From positions 22,878,001-22,942,000 of the forward strand of contig NC_045138.2 of NCBI RefSeq assembly GCF_008831285.2: a stretch of DNA of 64,000 bases, written 5' to 3'. The position numbers were made by a program, and so were the translations under genes. How positions within the stretch are numbered: position 1 is the stretch's first letter; each line of letters starts with the position of its first letter. Below the pieces are notes generated by a model. That model worked only from the letters and a program-made list of their open reading frames with translations. It ran no database searches and was not told the origin of the DNA. Positions 16,181 through 28,983 of this stretch are shown one piece after another. Source of the DNA: Nymphaea colorata. Its lineage: Eukaryota.

Positions 16181-18960
16181 GTGGTCGGAAGAAACCCTCG
16201 TTCAACCCTTGCTTTCCCTCCCACAAGCCTTCGATCGGGCAGAGGGGTTCCTAGTTTTCTTTTCAATCACTCTATCCCTCTCTGGTCGGTTGGAAAACAG
16301 AGCGTCGAAGCCTTCTAGCCACCAAGCAAGCCCTCTTTCCTTGCCCAAAATGAAGGTTCTAAGGCGTATTAATCACTTTCAATATTAAATATGAAAAACA
16401 GCTCATATCGTACGATACGGGGTATCGTACGATACGGTACACCCCCTATTTACGATATGGGGGGTGTATCGTAGCGTAAAACCTAAACAGTAAGGTACGT
16501 ATCGTACGATACATCCCCGTATCGTACGATACGTTTAATTTGCTTCATTATTGCGGGGTTTCTTCTTCTCTAGTTTCCCCAAATTGATGGCACATTCCGG
16601 CGAAATTTCCTGCTCCCTATTCATTTGTTTTGAATGTCGTCATTTGTTTCAAGAACCTGCTCCGTGTCCATGTCGTATTGCCGTGCTTTGAGTTTTTTCC
16701 TTTTTCCTGATACATTCAGTTCTCAACTTTGATTTCCTGCTCCTTGTTATGTTCGTTTTCTCTTTTCTGTGAAAACTGTAACTTACAATGCTTGAAATGG
16801 ACTACCTATTCGGCTGCTCCCTATTCATGCCGTGTTCTCTGTTATGTGTGGCTTTTTGTTAGGCTTCATTCCCTTGTGCTTCAGACATGTTTCCTTGTCT
16901 GCTTCCATTTGCTTTCATGTGTGGCTTTTTGTTAGACTCTTCCATTTGCTTCATATGCAAAACGCAAGTGGTTTTGCATATGCCCTTGTCGAGTTTTCAG
17001 ACATGTTCATTAATTTGATTATAACTTACAAGTTACGGACTATGTAGCTTAAAAAGGAACATTGTCTTAATGATGCGATGATATCATTTATCTTTTCAAT
17101 ATTTTTAATTTTTTTAATTAAAAGTATATAATTATTGATGTACCGCCGTACCAAGATTTGTGAAAATGCTGTACCCGTACACGTTTTCCCGTACCAGCAC
17201 CCTTACCCGTACCTATGTGACATAGGTTTGAGGTTGCAATGGGATAGGTTATGCTTTCACACCAAGCTTCCTTTAAATAAAACACCAGATATGCCTAGTA
17301 AAGGAAATAAAACAATGGAAGCGGCTGTACAATGATGACCAGTGTGTGCAAATCAAACATCACGATAACTGATCCATAACAATTGAATGCTGCATTTTAA
17401 AAATATAACACAATTAAGAAAACGAAAGAAATAGATGCAAGTTTCAACAACCTTGGACAAATTTCACTTGATGAACATAACCCCTGAAATTTTGTCCTAT
17501 TTTGAACCATTTTCCACCATCAAATATTTTGAATCAAGTGGGATGGGCAATCCTTACAAACCAAGTTTTCTTGAAATTCAAAGCACCAGAGCAAAGGAAA
17601 TAAAACAACGGGGTGGCTTTACGATGATGACCAATGTGTGAAACATCATGACACTGATCCAAAAATCGAATTGAATGCAGTTTAAAATTTTAAGCAATTG
17701 AAGAAGTGATGAAATAGATGCAGGCTTTCAGCTCCTGAAGTGCAAAGTATAAAATGCTATGGTGATACCAGCAAAGATAGGTATATTGATCTGTAACATA
17801 AACAGTTTTTAACTAAACCTCAAAACGCAAATAAGAATCATCAAGTTGAATCCAACAGCCACTAACTAAGACAGGAAATAACTCGCCATCACCATGGATG
17901 CCTGACCTCATTTCTAACCAATCCACATTTTTTTTAAATACCAACACACAAACCAAAGGCTGACAGCAATAACTACTCATGACAGGTAAAGTCTATACAG
18001 GAAATGTATTCCCTCATGGAGTAATGCCAAGTACATTGTAAAAAAAGATTATTTCCCTATCCGCAGTATCAGCTACAACCATATTTTGTAATTCAAGCAA
18101 GAACTGTCACAGACTGATTAATTCTAAGATAAATTTCCACATATAAATCATCAACTGTTAAAATTTGAAAGGAGAAACACTTGCTCGAGAATTGATGCAA
18201 TCCCAAAGTCCAAACATTATTCCATTTACTCGTTTTCTAACCAATCTAAATTTTTCTTATAACACCAATATCCAAGCCAAAGTAAAGACCGGCAGCAATA
18301 ACTACTCATGAAATGAAAGCTATAGAGGAAAATATATTCCCTCGTGGAGTATGAAATGCCTAGTACATCGTAAGCAAAAAATATTTCCCTACCTGCTTCA
18401 TCAGCTATAACCATACTTTGTATTGCAAGCAAGGACTGCCATAAATTGACTTATTCTACGGATAAAATCACACACGTAAATTACCAACAGTTCCTCTAAT
18501 AAAACGATCAGAAGCAATGACAGTAGTCCCCATATACACCAAAAAGAAAAAAGCGGATCACGAACCAGGAAATGAAAATCTCGACTGCGTCTCTTACCCG
18601 CTTCTCGCCAAGAAAGTTCCTGATCTCGATGGATTGGTTTGAGTTGGTGATGCTGGCGTTGATGGGGAAGTGAGCGTAGACGAAGCGCATCTTGTACCGG
18701 TAGCCCTTGGTGACACCGGTGATCAGGTTCTGGATGTGGCTGATGGCGGTGCGGATGGCGGCCATCGTGCGCCTTGACCCAAACCAGGCGTCCACCTTGA
18801 GCTTGCGGCCTCCCTCGATGAGTTGGAAGTCGAGGCTGAGGTGCTTGAAGTCCCGGGTGAGGGTGCCCCTCGGCCCCACCACCTTCACGAACTTAGCCTT
18901 CACAGTGAGGGTCACCTCCTCGGGGATATCCATAGTCTGAGACGCCAGGATCGTCTTCAT
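13720..18960 (-). CDS. RPL9: 60S ribosomal protein L9 (uL6), 191 aa; exons 18960-18598, 14062-13940, 13809-13720
   Basis: [14 protein letters not shown]...[20 protein letters not shown]...RNFLGEKR | [10 protein letters not shown]...SAALINQ | [29 protein letters not shown]. Both introns are GT-AG and phase 0. Confidence 0.97.
14245..17730. repeat. Degenerate ~290-bp tandem repeat array (~6 units) in RPL9 intron 1
   Basis: Recurring blocks (GATGATGACC..TGTGTGCAAATC, GCTGCACTT, TAGATGCA, CCACCA..AAATATTTTGAAAATGCAGT, AAAGCACCA, AGGAAATAAAAC) start near 14250, 14540, 14825, 15130, 17332 and 17625. The fourth unit is split by a TE. Confidence 0.85.
15314..17225. mobile_element. Non-autonomous hAT-like DNA transposon, probably with a nested MITE at ~15600-16535
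   Basis: 8-bp direct repeat GTTTGAGG at 15306-15313 and 17226-17233. Imperfect TIRs CCATGACACAGCGGTATG versus reverse complement CTATGTCACATAGGTACG. Subterminal GTACC and CGTACGATAC repeats. No transposase. Confidence 0.75.
17913..18492. repeat. Two diverged ~260-bp direct repeats in RPL9 intron 1
   Basis: CTAACCAATC..CAGCAATAACTACTCATGA..TATTCCCTC.TGGAGTA..ATCAGCTA.AACCATA..CAAGCAAG occurs at ~17913-18160 and ~18237-18492. Confidence 0.8.
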
Positions 18961-19958
18961 ATTCTCTCCGTATAAATTTCGAGTTGCAGACGGCGAAGAA
19001 GCGGAGGAAGAAATGAACTGTAGAAACAGGGGGCGACGGCAGGAAGAAAGGAAGGGGAGAGGAGAGAGGGGAGATGGAAGAAGGGAAGAGAAGGCACCCG
19101 AGGGCTGCCCTAACTAACTCCGCACCTTTTAAAGCGGTGTCAATGGATTCGGATCGGTCTACTACCGACTCGCTTTTAAGAGCTATTTCTGTAAGAATCG
19201 GACGACTCGCCATCCGATTTTGGCCATCAAAACCTCCGTGCCTTTTCAGAAAAATTTACCATTTACTATGTTAAATTTTTTTGTGTGCATCAAACGGATC
19301 AAGAAGGTCATGATAAAAACATTTGCTTAGCATGTATTTATTTCTCTCTCTCTCTCACTTTATCTATTTATCTCTCTATATCAACTACTTGATTCCCCAT
19401 AGGCCTCTAGATGTTTGTAAATTGATTGTAAAAATATGTACGTAAATTGTTAGGCTTATTCATATTAAGTTCTTGATAAAAGCTTTTATGAAAGGAAAAA
19501 AAAAGAAAAAAATGGTTAAAAACTTAAGAATGGAGATTAATTTTACACTTTAAAACAGTTAGAACCAAACTCTGGAGAGTTTGATACGAGACATCAATCC
19601 ACGAGTCAGTCCATTCTTGATTGAGTCACCAAGTTTTTGTGCTGACTCGTTTGGGTTCTGACTTGGCCCAACGAGAGGACGATCCCGAGCCGACTCTGAG
19701 GCCGACCCGCCGAGTTTGCCAAAAGGTAATGTTCGTTTCGAGATTCAACTTTCTGGAATTGGGGAAAATGGAAATCCGTTTCTAAAAGGATTTTATGTGT
19801 GCATAAAAAGTGGAAAATCATTTTTATGTTTGATGGGCATGGTTGAAAGTTGGAAACTAAGCACCGCTTTGAAATTGTTAGAAAATTGTAGGTTATTCTC
19901 GTAATGTCTTATAAAGGGTTAGCATAGCTTTAAAATTTTCTAAAAAACCGTGGGGTGT

Positions 19959-22900
19959 TGATACGAGCCCACTTAGGACCCCCACTAGGACTAAGCAGGG
20001 GTTAGGCGAGACTAGTGAGGTTAGGACGGAACCCTTAGAAATTCTTGGGTCCAACGTCCCAACAAATTAGAACATAGGAAATTCAGAACCTAGAGCGTTA
20101 GCAGTGGGAGGTGAGGGTGGAATAGCAACGGCTCTAGGATAGGTTTTCGAGCAAGGAAGGCCGGTACATGGAGAAACCAGGGGCTGGGAAACCAAATTCC
20201 TAGGATTTGGTCCAGTATAGGCTTAAGTTTAGTTCTTGAGTCAAGTCCAAAACCCAAGTCCTTAGAGTCGGGTTTGCGCGAGTCTAGGGAGGTCATCTAG
20301 TCGAGTTGAGCCCAGCTCGAGGAGGCTAGATGGGTGTGCTAAGCAAGTGGTTTCCATCTTGAGCTCACATGGCTCAAGAGGAGTTTTTATTCAAGAGTTA
20401 CACTTAGTGTTTGGTTTTCTCTATTCGATTTGATTACATATTCATTCATTCGCATAATTCCATTCATTACTTACCAAGTCGGGTTGTGACTTGGGATGAT
20501 ATCGCTTTTATTATGTTTATGCATTTCATTTTGAGTTTTGGGGCTGGATTCATGTTTGGAATCCAGATTTGAATACACTTGTATAAATTGAATTGGATCA
20601 AGGGACTGAGGAGGCAATTTTGGGAATTTGAGATCATTTGATTTTTGCCTCTCTCTCCTCACGTTTCTCCTCTCTTCACGTCAATCCCTCTCTCCCTTGT
20701 CTCTCTTCTCTCCTCAACTCTCCTAAGACCAGCGTGCTGGCCTCTCTCCCCCCTCTTGTCTCCCTCTCCTCTCTTCTTCCTCCATCATCTCTCTCGTCAT
20801 CCCCTCCTAGTCACATTTATCTCCAACGTTGAAGAAGAAGGAGCGGTGATTCCTCTAGGCGAGCCACGGCCCTAGGGGGATTTTCAACACTTCGACTTCA
20901 CATCGGATCTGCACGCCTTGGGTGCAATTCCTCTGCCATATCAGAGGAGTTAGAGGCTCTAGACGAGCAAAGGAGGCTGCGGTTCCATCCCTTGTAGCGC
21001 AGCAACCCATCGTGAATCAAGAAAGAAAGGTTAGATCGTTTCCGATTTGGAATTGTCTAAGTAACGTGTTGGCTAAGTTTAGTTTTGGATTTCTCGTGGG
21101 AGGAGCTGGGACTCTTGAGTCACAGCCAAGATTCCATCATCTTCCTCGCGTGGAAGGCACTCCTAAACTTGGTTTTACAAGTCTTAGAAGGATTCCAAAG
21201 GGGACGTGCTTGCCAACGTTGAAAGAAAGTTCAAATTTAGACTAGTAAGGGCCGATCTTCTTCAAGGAAAAACACGGAGACTTGCTGGAGTTTTCACCGG
21301 AAAATCAGTATTTCATCATCAAGATCCACGGTGGAATACCATCAAAACCAACCAAGAAGCATAGGAGAAAAATCAGCACGAGAAAAGAAGAAGAACGGTG
21401 GTGGTTTCGCGTAGAACGGCCAAGGCGTGCAAAATACAAGTTGCCAATAAGTTCTGGAATTCCGATCAACTCTGCTTTGTTTCCGGCTACCTTCGGCACC
21501 TTCCGTGCAACCACGCCCAAGGTCTGATTTACCCCTCATTGCCATGAAAGGAGTTAATCATTTGAAGGGGTAAAAACGTCCACCATTGATCAAAAAGTGA
21601 GTACCGCATAAAGCGAAGAGAGGTTGGAGCCGATCTTTTGGGAAGCTCCACTTTTTTAGCTAGGATTGGGTTAAGGATCAATAAGGAGTTCTTACATTTG
21701 GGTCAAATGATTCTAGAGATGCCACGTCGCCACATTTGATTATCTTGGAGAAATCGGCTACCAAAAGAGTCCACATTTGATGGAATCACATCCAAAGTTT
21801 TAGCAGTCCCAATTAACCGTCATCACCTAGACCTTTGCCACCTCACGTCCCAATCCCTACATTTGAGTTAGAATCCATTCTTTTAGAAATCCATCTCCAT
21901 CCGTGAGAGGAGGGTCCTCATTTGGCCCCTTTCCCACATGGCCACTTTTAGTAATTTTTTTTAGTCAATCATAAGCCCGTAAGCCTTGTCTTACCCACTA
22001 AATCCCCTCATCCTTGACTTCACTACATAATCCCAAGCTCCTAAACCTCACACCCTTAGATCCCTCCTTCACACCGTAGAGGAAACCGTCCAAGCCCTTC
22101 TTTCCCAAGCTGTCCCCAAGCCAGCCTCACATAAGGATATACCAAGGCTCTATGACCGAGCTTCCATCACTTGACCGTAGCTAGGGTACTCCTCAGCTCT
22201 AGACCGAGCTGCCCAAGTCAAAACCAGCATTACAAAGTTCAAGAGGCGTGCATCCTTGGGTTGAACTCTCATCGCCCAAGTGACTTAGGCCGACCCACTT
22301 CGGCCTCATCCATGTGCTACCACTGCACTCAGCCAGGCGGGCTGAGCTAGGAGATCTTTCCTGCCTCCTTGATATCCATCAGTAACAATCGAGTCGCAGC
22401 ACCCCATCCTGCTGTATCAGCTGGTGCTTCAGCTTCAATCAGATTGCAGAGGAAGATTGAGCAGCGTTTTACCAGCGTCCCCTCATTCCTTCGCGTCCTC
22501 TTCATTTTGGTGCACCATTCCTTCAGCCATTACTCAAGTGACTCCCAGATTCAGCGGCAAATCGAGGTCAGGCCGTCTTCGTGAGTGAGGTTAGTTTGAT
22601 TTTCATCATTACTATTGTAATCATCTTGCTTAGTGCCGCTTAACTCTCCATAGAGACGTAAGGACCCTCTACGAGGATCTTGGGGAAGTAGGATCGACTC
22701 TAGGACCGGGCTGTCGCCTATACCGGAGTTAGGTCCTACCAGGTGTAAAGTAATCTTTTAAAAAGGAGTCTGCACCATTTCGAAATATTGCTAAATGTTA
22801 AAAGGCGGACTTGAAAAATTTCATAAAGCGCCTAAAATTTCTTCCGAAGTTTTTTTCTTTTCTCATTTTCATCTTCCTTTTCTCTGTTGGATCTCATATA

Positions 22901-23815
22901 TGATTGGATCATGAATTTGAATCTTAGAATATTGGATTTCAAATTCAAGTGGATTCTTAACATAGATCTTAAGCATTGAATCTCAAATGATGTTGGATTT
23001 CAAATTTGCATCATACTACATTGATCTTAGACCAAATTAGAAGTTTAGTTCTCATAAACCTGGGATGATATTTGGATCTTTTGATTTGGACCATGTTGTT
23101 GGCCTTCGATTTGGATCTATTATTGAATTGAAATCATAATGTTGGATCTTTGGAACTAGACCTATCGAACTTATGAAATAAATTTTAATTTGAATTCAAA
23201 CTGGATCAATAAATTTATAGATTATTGCTTGGATCATTAATATGAGCTTTGGTATTAGAGTTTTATCTAATTTGAATCTTTAGAAGTAGATCAAATCGAC
23301 ATTTTGAATTGAATCTAAGTTTGAACTTGAACTAGATTAATGGATCTTTAAATTGTTACTTAGATCATTAGTAGGAACTTGAATTGAATCATTGTATCAT
23401 GAACTACACTTAGAACATGATGTTGGATCTTTGATTGAATTGAACTTGGATATAAATTGAATTGAACTTTGGGATCACACCCAAACACCTAACCTTAAAA
23501 ACCAGGTTTTGATCATGTATGGTCTAGGTCCATGCATCATAGAGGCTGCTCACATTTCCATGGATCATGATGAATACAGGATTGCACAACATCTCTCTCT
23601 CTCTCTCTCTCTTGAAGCTTTTCTCTTTGTAAACTTGAACTTCTGAAGATCCAATTAGATGTTTAAAACAAGTTTCGTTAAAACTATGACATATTTGCTT
23701 TCAAAGCATTTAGAAACTAGACATCACTCAACACTTAGGCATTAGATCTATATAGTTTAGTCTTTGGTCTGATTACTCCTAATAAATGCGTCAGAAATGG
23801 TCAGACCTCGTACCA
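19959..23815 (+). mobile_element. Large (~3.9-kb) Ty3/gypsy-type LTR, solo or the 3' LTR of a truncated element; related DNA may extend left to 19582
   Basis: Inverted termini TGATACGAG...CTCGTACCA, preceded by G-rich GTGGGGTGT (PPT-like). Same terminal words as the 33828-42758 LTRs. No matching TSD. Confidence 0.55.
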
Positions 23816-26800
23816 ACAAGTCAGATCCCATCTCTCATAGTCTCATAGACATCCCACATGATTTAATGGAGGCGAATACAAGTTTTTCTTATCAACAGTC
23901 TACCTATAAATTTAAAATTTTGCATATAAATAGAGCCCTAACAAGGTTATCACCGTAAGAAAGCTTAGTCTAGACTAGGTAGAGGCTTGATCCAAGGTCT
24001 TCAACTTAACAACTTTTACATTACCATCTTAGTACATCTTGGCAATCGATAGCAATGTAGATCCATCGATCGTTGTTTTCCAACTAAAAAGCAATAGATT
24101 TAATCCAAACCGCTTTTGGCATTTTTTTCCCCTTCTAATCAGCATTCAGAACTGCTCCCAGGAAAAATCATCTGTCTGGTACAAGAATCCTTCGTAAACA
24201 ATGACAAACATGTTAACGTCATAATCCCATCCACAGCATTTTCAGCAAAAGAGTGATGCTGATCCCATGTTCATATTAAGCAGAAAATGACAATTGGAAT
24301 TTTGTTCGACTTGCATAAGACTTGACACGGTGAACTTTTCATAAGATATTTACCAAGGTGTTGGAGAATGACAAGCTACATATTGTTTAGTTATAAAACT
24401 ACTCTCTGATGTTATGTGCCTCCACACATGCACTATCGAGAGAAGCCTTACTAAGGACTGTGAATGATGCATTCAGTACTTTTAGCAATAAGAGCAGTCG
24501 TCGCCACTGTAAATTGAAGCTATCGTTTTCAGTGAAGTGACTATTGCAGATGTACTTTGAACAGTTGTAGTGGAGAATACATTCATGCAAATATAGTACA
24601 TGGGAAACGGGTTCATAGAGAGGTCGTGCTTCAAAAAGGCAAACAAAAAACCAAGCTAGGAAAGGAAAAGAAAGAGCTTGCATATGTCAATATAAAAAGT
24701 GCGGGAATACCAACCTCAACAAAAGAATGCCTCGGTTTTCCATGGTTTCTTCCTGCATTTTGGAATGAGCGTTTCCCTTTTGGCATAATTTCATATCTGA
24801 ACAAGATATCCTTTTCCATTTGGATTCCTTTTCCACCATGAAAGAACTGAAATACAGAAGCCTTCTGCTGGATCCACATGGTGCAGATCCAAAGTTACTG
24901 TGCGGGGTGATCCTTATCCTATTTAAAAACCCAACCCTGTCTGATCCAACCAGATAATTCAAAATATAGTAACCCCGATCCAGATTAGGGATGCAAATCC
25001 AAGTGACCTCTGTGGGGCAAATCCTAATCCTATTTAGGAACACAAGCCCGCCAGATCCAGCTAGGTAATTCAAATAACAGATCATCCCGATCCAAACTAA
25101 AGATTCAAATGACTCTAATCTGATATACCTAAATATATTGGAGAGCAAGTAAGAAGTAGATTTAATATATCCAAAAATGAGAAAGGGGGTTGAACCATCA
25201 GCAACCTTCTCCCAGATGATGCCTCAATTTTAGATTGTGGAATACTAATATGATAAGTGCCAACAAAATTTAAGCTTTCCATTTTATGACTGTAACTAGT
25301 GCTGGCTGCCTAATTGAAAGAAGAATTTATAATGGTCCTAGCTACTCTCTTATTGTCCTTTCTTTTCCCAATTTCCCAAGTTTTACAAGCTCCAGCTTGA
25401 TTTTTCCTTGACTGGAACCAATTAAGTTTTAAAAGTAGAATGAATTATTATTTAATCAAATTTAAAGCATAACATGCTATACTATCCTGCTTCTAACATA
25501 AACATTATTATAAAATCCTATGGTGGTCCACATCTAGACTCGATATAACAAGAGGATATGATCAAATAAACCCAAAACTAGGAAATTTTTTTACTACAGT
25601 TGAATTTAAGATCTACAAATACACTAATGTGAGTTTGAATATTTAATATACAACATGTATTTATAGGTTTGACCTGGCAAAAGCACGTGTACCTTAGCAT
25701 AACTTTTTTTTTATATATGTATTTATAAACCTGAATAGGTAAAAGTTTGAGAATCATTTGAAGATATAAATTCAAATTACTGCCAACCAATCATTACATT
25801 GAGTTTGTCTAATTTAATTTAACATTAATAGGATTTTGAAAATTCCAGAGATAATTATCAAAGTTGACCTACTTTTGCATTCCATTCCATCTTAACCAGC
25901 TAGACATTGAGAAAAATAATTTTTAAGATATGAACCATGTTGCCGCAAAACACATACCAGCTTGTATCCTGTTCCTTACAGTAAAAACAAAATGTAAGTC
26001 AGTCAGCCTTCTGCACATCTAGATTGATTGAAAACTACGTGTTCAAGTTCGCTTCAGATACAAAGAATTATACGACACCTCCACTATTGTGCAAGGTTTT
26101 ATCCTGACTTTGTTTGCTTACATGATTTCTCAGATGTAATCTCTGATAGTACATGATCACTTATTTTCTCAGGTGAGGCGACGAAGACCATTTGACACAA
26201 ACCAAATTTATAACACATACAACTCAAGCTTATTTGTATTTTAAATTTTGATGAAAACTCACAGCTGATAACTGCTTGACCATGCAAGGTAGCCTTGAGA
26301 AGTGCTCGACATTCCCTATAGTGAAGAAAGTTTTGGGACCATCGCGCATTAGACCCCCAGGAAACTGCGAGCACTAACAAGGAATACGTTATATGAACCC
26401 ATCAGAAAAAAAACTCAGGATTGACACTAGCTGCCACCCAACTGTCTGCAGTATTTAAATGCTAGAGTCCTGCATGTAAAAATCAAACTAAAGTCCACTT
26501 GTTCTATGATCAAGAGGACGATCTCATTTCTTGAACAACCAAATAAACCACAAGGTCAAGCTGGGTTGTTTGAGAAGCTGTCCCCAAAGCAAATCTGAAC
26601 TCTAAACTCAAGTTAAGGACAAGATTATTACAGAAAAGGCACGTTAAGTACGGCAAAATATTCACCAGGAGAACAGAATCAGACTCACTTTACAGGATGA
26701 AACCTCTAACTTTTTAAGCTACTGGCATTCTGTCACAAGCTTTCAGGACGCTCTCTACAAAAAATTGCAGTTCCAAATTATTCCTATCAGGACTATAAAA

Positions 26801-28713
26801 ATGGTCAAATGGTTTACTTCACCCACTAAAGAAACCGCCCATCTACCAAGTTGAAGCTGCAGGGGCATGCCCATGAAGCAAGAGTTGAACAGATCATACT
26901 CAAGCATTGAACAACATCTGACAAAAAAGGTGTGTAGCTAGGCCTAAGTCCGCAACAGTCTTTTGATTTGACCAAAAATACGTCAAAAAGAGTGAGGATC
27001 ACAAGCGATCAATATGCACAAAGCATATTAAAGATTTAGATTTTAGAGTGTGAAATACAGGAGAACATGAAGCCTCTTGGACAGAGGCATGAGTGGCTCC
27101 AGCCTCCTGTTCCTCATAAATGTTACAGGAGCACTTGGTTGTGCCATGCTATTTTATTCTCCATATATTATAATACCCTATCATTTACCAGGTGCTTCTA
27201 TAAATTCTTAACATAACTTCCCATATCAATTAGCCGCAGTTCATAAATTTTAGCAAGCAAACACCAAGTATTTCTTGTGTAAACAAACTTTTTCAAGTCT
27301 AACTATTCCATTGATAAGTACAGGTGGCCATCAAAATTTTTCAAAAACTCTAGAAACTGGTGCACCTAAAACAATATTTACCTTACTCAAATGTCACAAA
27401 CTTCCCTAAAGTTACTTCTAACAGCAACAGTTTGGTACAAGCACCATAGATCTTGAAAACTGTTAAAATGAGAAAAGACTAATGACTTGAACACAGATGC
27501 ATGCCCACCTAGCACCGGCTGCAATTAGTTACAATAAATTGAAAAAAGCAAAAGATGCGTTAAGGTGGTTCAAAACATTAATCCAAGCCCTACAGGTAAC
27601 AAAACAGATTAAACCGCAATAGGCAATGGTTAAACATATCTTTAAAGCAATCAACTATCATAAACAAGAGGAACCTGAAATTGAATTTACTGTTTGTATG
27701 TGATAAAGTTGAAAAGACATAAGTGACATGGGATCCTTACCAATGGCATTAAATTAGCCTGTTCCTAGCCACACCAAGGCCAACAAGTGAGTAATGTGCA
27801 TCAAATGGATATAAGACCCAAAATTTCTTGAATTAGCACATGCATCCCTTGCACTGTCTCATGCTGGCAAACACATGCTTTCCCTATCTAAGAATTGCTT
27901 GACTGAACCAGTAAAACCAGATGCCCACTTGATTGGTATCTAACCAAAATTATTATAAGCCTATCTTAATAGAAAGGTACTTAAAATACAAATAGCTACT
28001 TTATTGCCAACATATAGACGAGCACAATCCCTAATTCTTACGGTAAAATTGATATTTTCGTATGACCATTCCAAAGTAGAATTTTTAGAGGCGAAGCGCA
28101 ATGCAAAATCTATTGAAGAACTCGGAAGCAATAGCTAACAATTCGATATTCAACTGACAGATAACAATCTGCTATCTAATAGACGACCATAAATCCGCAG
28201 ACGCTTCAGGAAGTTGGAGGTCATCTAATAAAACCAAAAATTAGATGCATAAACACCACGAGACATGTTAGAATAACAACCACAGAAGGAACACGAAAGT
28301 CATAGGGAACCTTGAACAGTTTCTCTCCAGTGCTTCTGGAAATCGCTAGACCTCAACATCGAAGAACAACAAGTAAAATAAAATTTTCTGGGTGTTGTTC
28401 AGTGTAGGGATAATAAAAAAAGGCTAAATAAAAATAATAAATAACAACAACACAAACGAGAAGAATCACCTAAACAGATTAATCATCTTATTCATACAAA
28501 TGGCACTTATAATACATCAAAAACGGACGTAAGATGAAAAGAACGGAAGGGAAACTCAATTTCCCATAGAGACAAGTCTCACTCAAGCTATAAACAACAA
28601 CAAGGATCAGGACGGATGTTGATTCATCAAAAAACCTCTATGTTACGAGCCTTAGGAGAAGAAGAAGAAGGAAGCAACAACGAAGCGACAAAGAGGAGTC
28701 GATCGCGAGCATA

Positions 28714-28983
28714 TCAATCGGAGTGCGAGTCCTCATAGTAGTCGCCGGCATCAGAACCGATGTCGGAATCGTCGGAAGATGAATCGGAGAAGAACTGGGA
28801 GTTGGGGTTGCAGAGGATGGACCAGAGGCAAACGGCGAGCCTGCGGATCTGCTGCAGGGGAACGCAGCAGAGGAGGTGGAAGACCTGGGCAGTGGGGAGG
28901 CGCTCAGGGTTGCAGGAGATATACTGGCAAGCATCTGCCGACCACGACGCGACGGAAACGATCAGGAAGCCATTGAACACCAT
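28714..28983 (-). CDS. Small uncharacterised plant protein (89 aa), Cys-rich core with acidic Ser/Asp tail
   Basis: MVFNGFLIVSVASWSADACQYISCNPERLPTAQVFHLLCCVPLQQIRRLAVCLWSILCNPNSQFFSDSSSDDSDIGSDAGDYYEDSHSD*. ATG context AAGATGG, GC-rich, with a CT-rich leader upstream. From memory it resembles a family of short angiosperm proteins with a CxPERL...CCxPLQQ motif; not searched. Confidence 0.75.
   Translation of the reverse strand: MVFNGFLIVSVASWSADACQYISCNPERLPTAQVFHLLCCVPLQQIRRLAVCLWSILCNPNSQFFSDSSSDDSDIGSDAGDYYEDSHSD

Noticed and set aside
14245..17730. CRISPR array or annotated snoRNA cluster
   Set aside because: Eukaryotic intron with long degenerate units and no repeat-spacer structure. 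The box motifs are antisense to the host gene and no guide sequence was identified, so it is kept only as a speculative finding.
18707..18940. Plus-strand ORF overlapping RPL9 (likewise 54454-54756 and 63441-63626 over ZDS)
   Set aside because: Antisense shadows of real exons.
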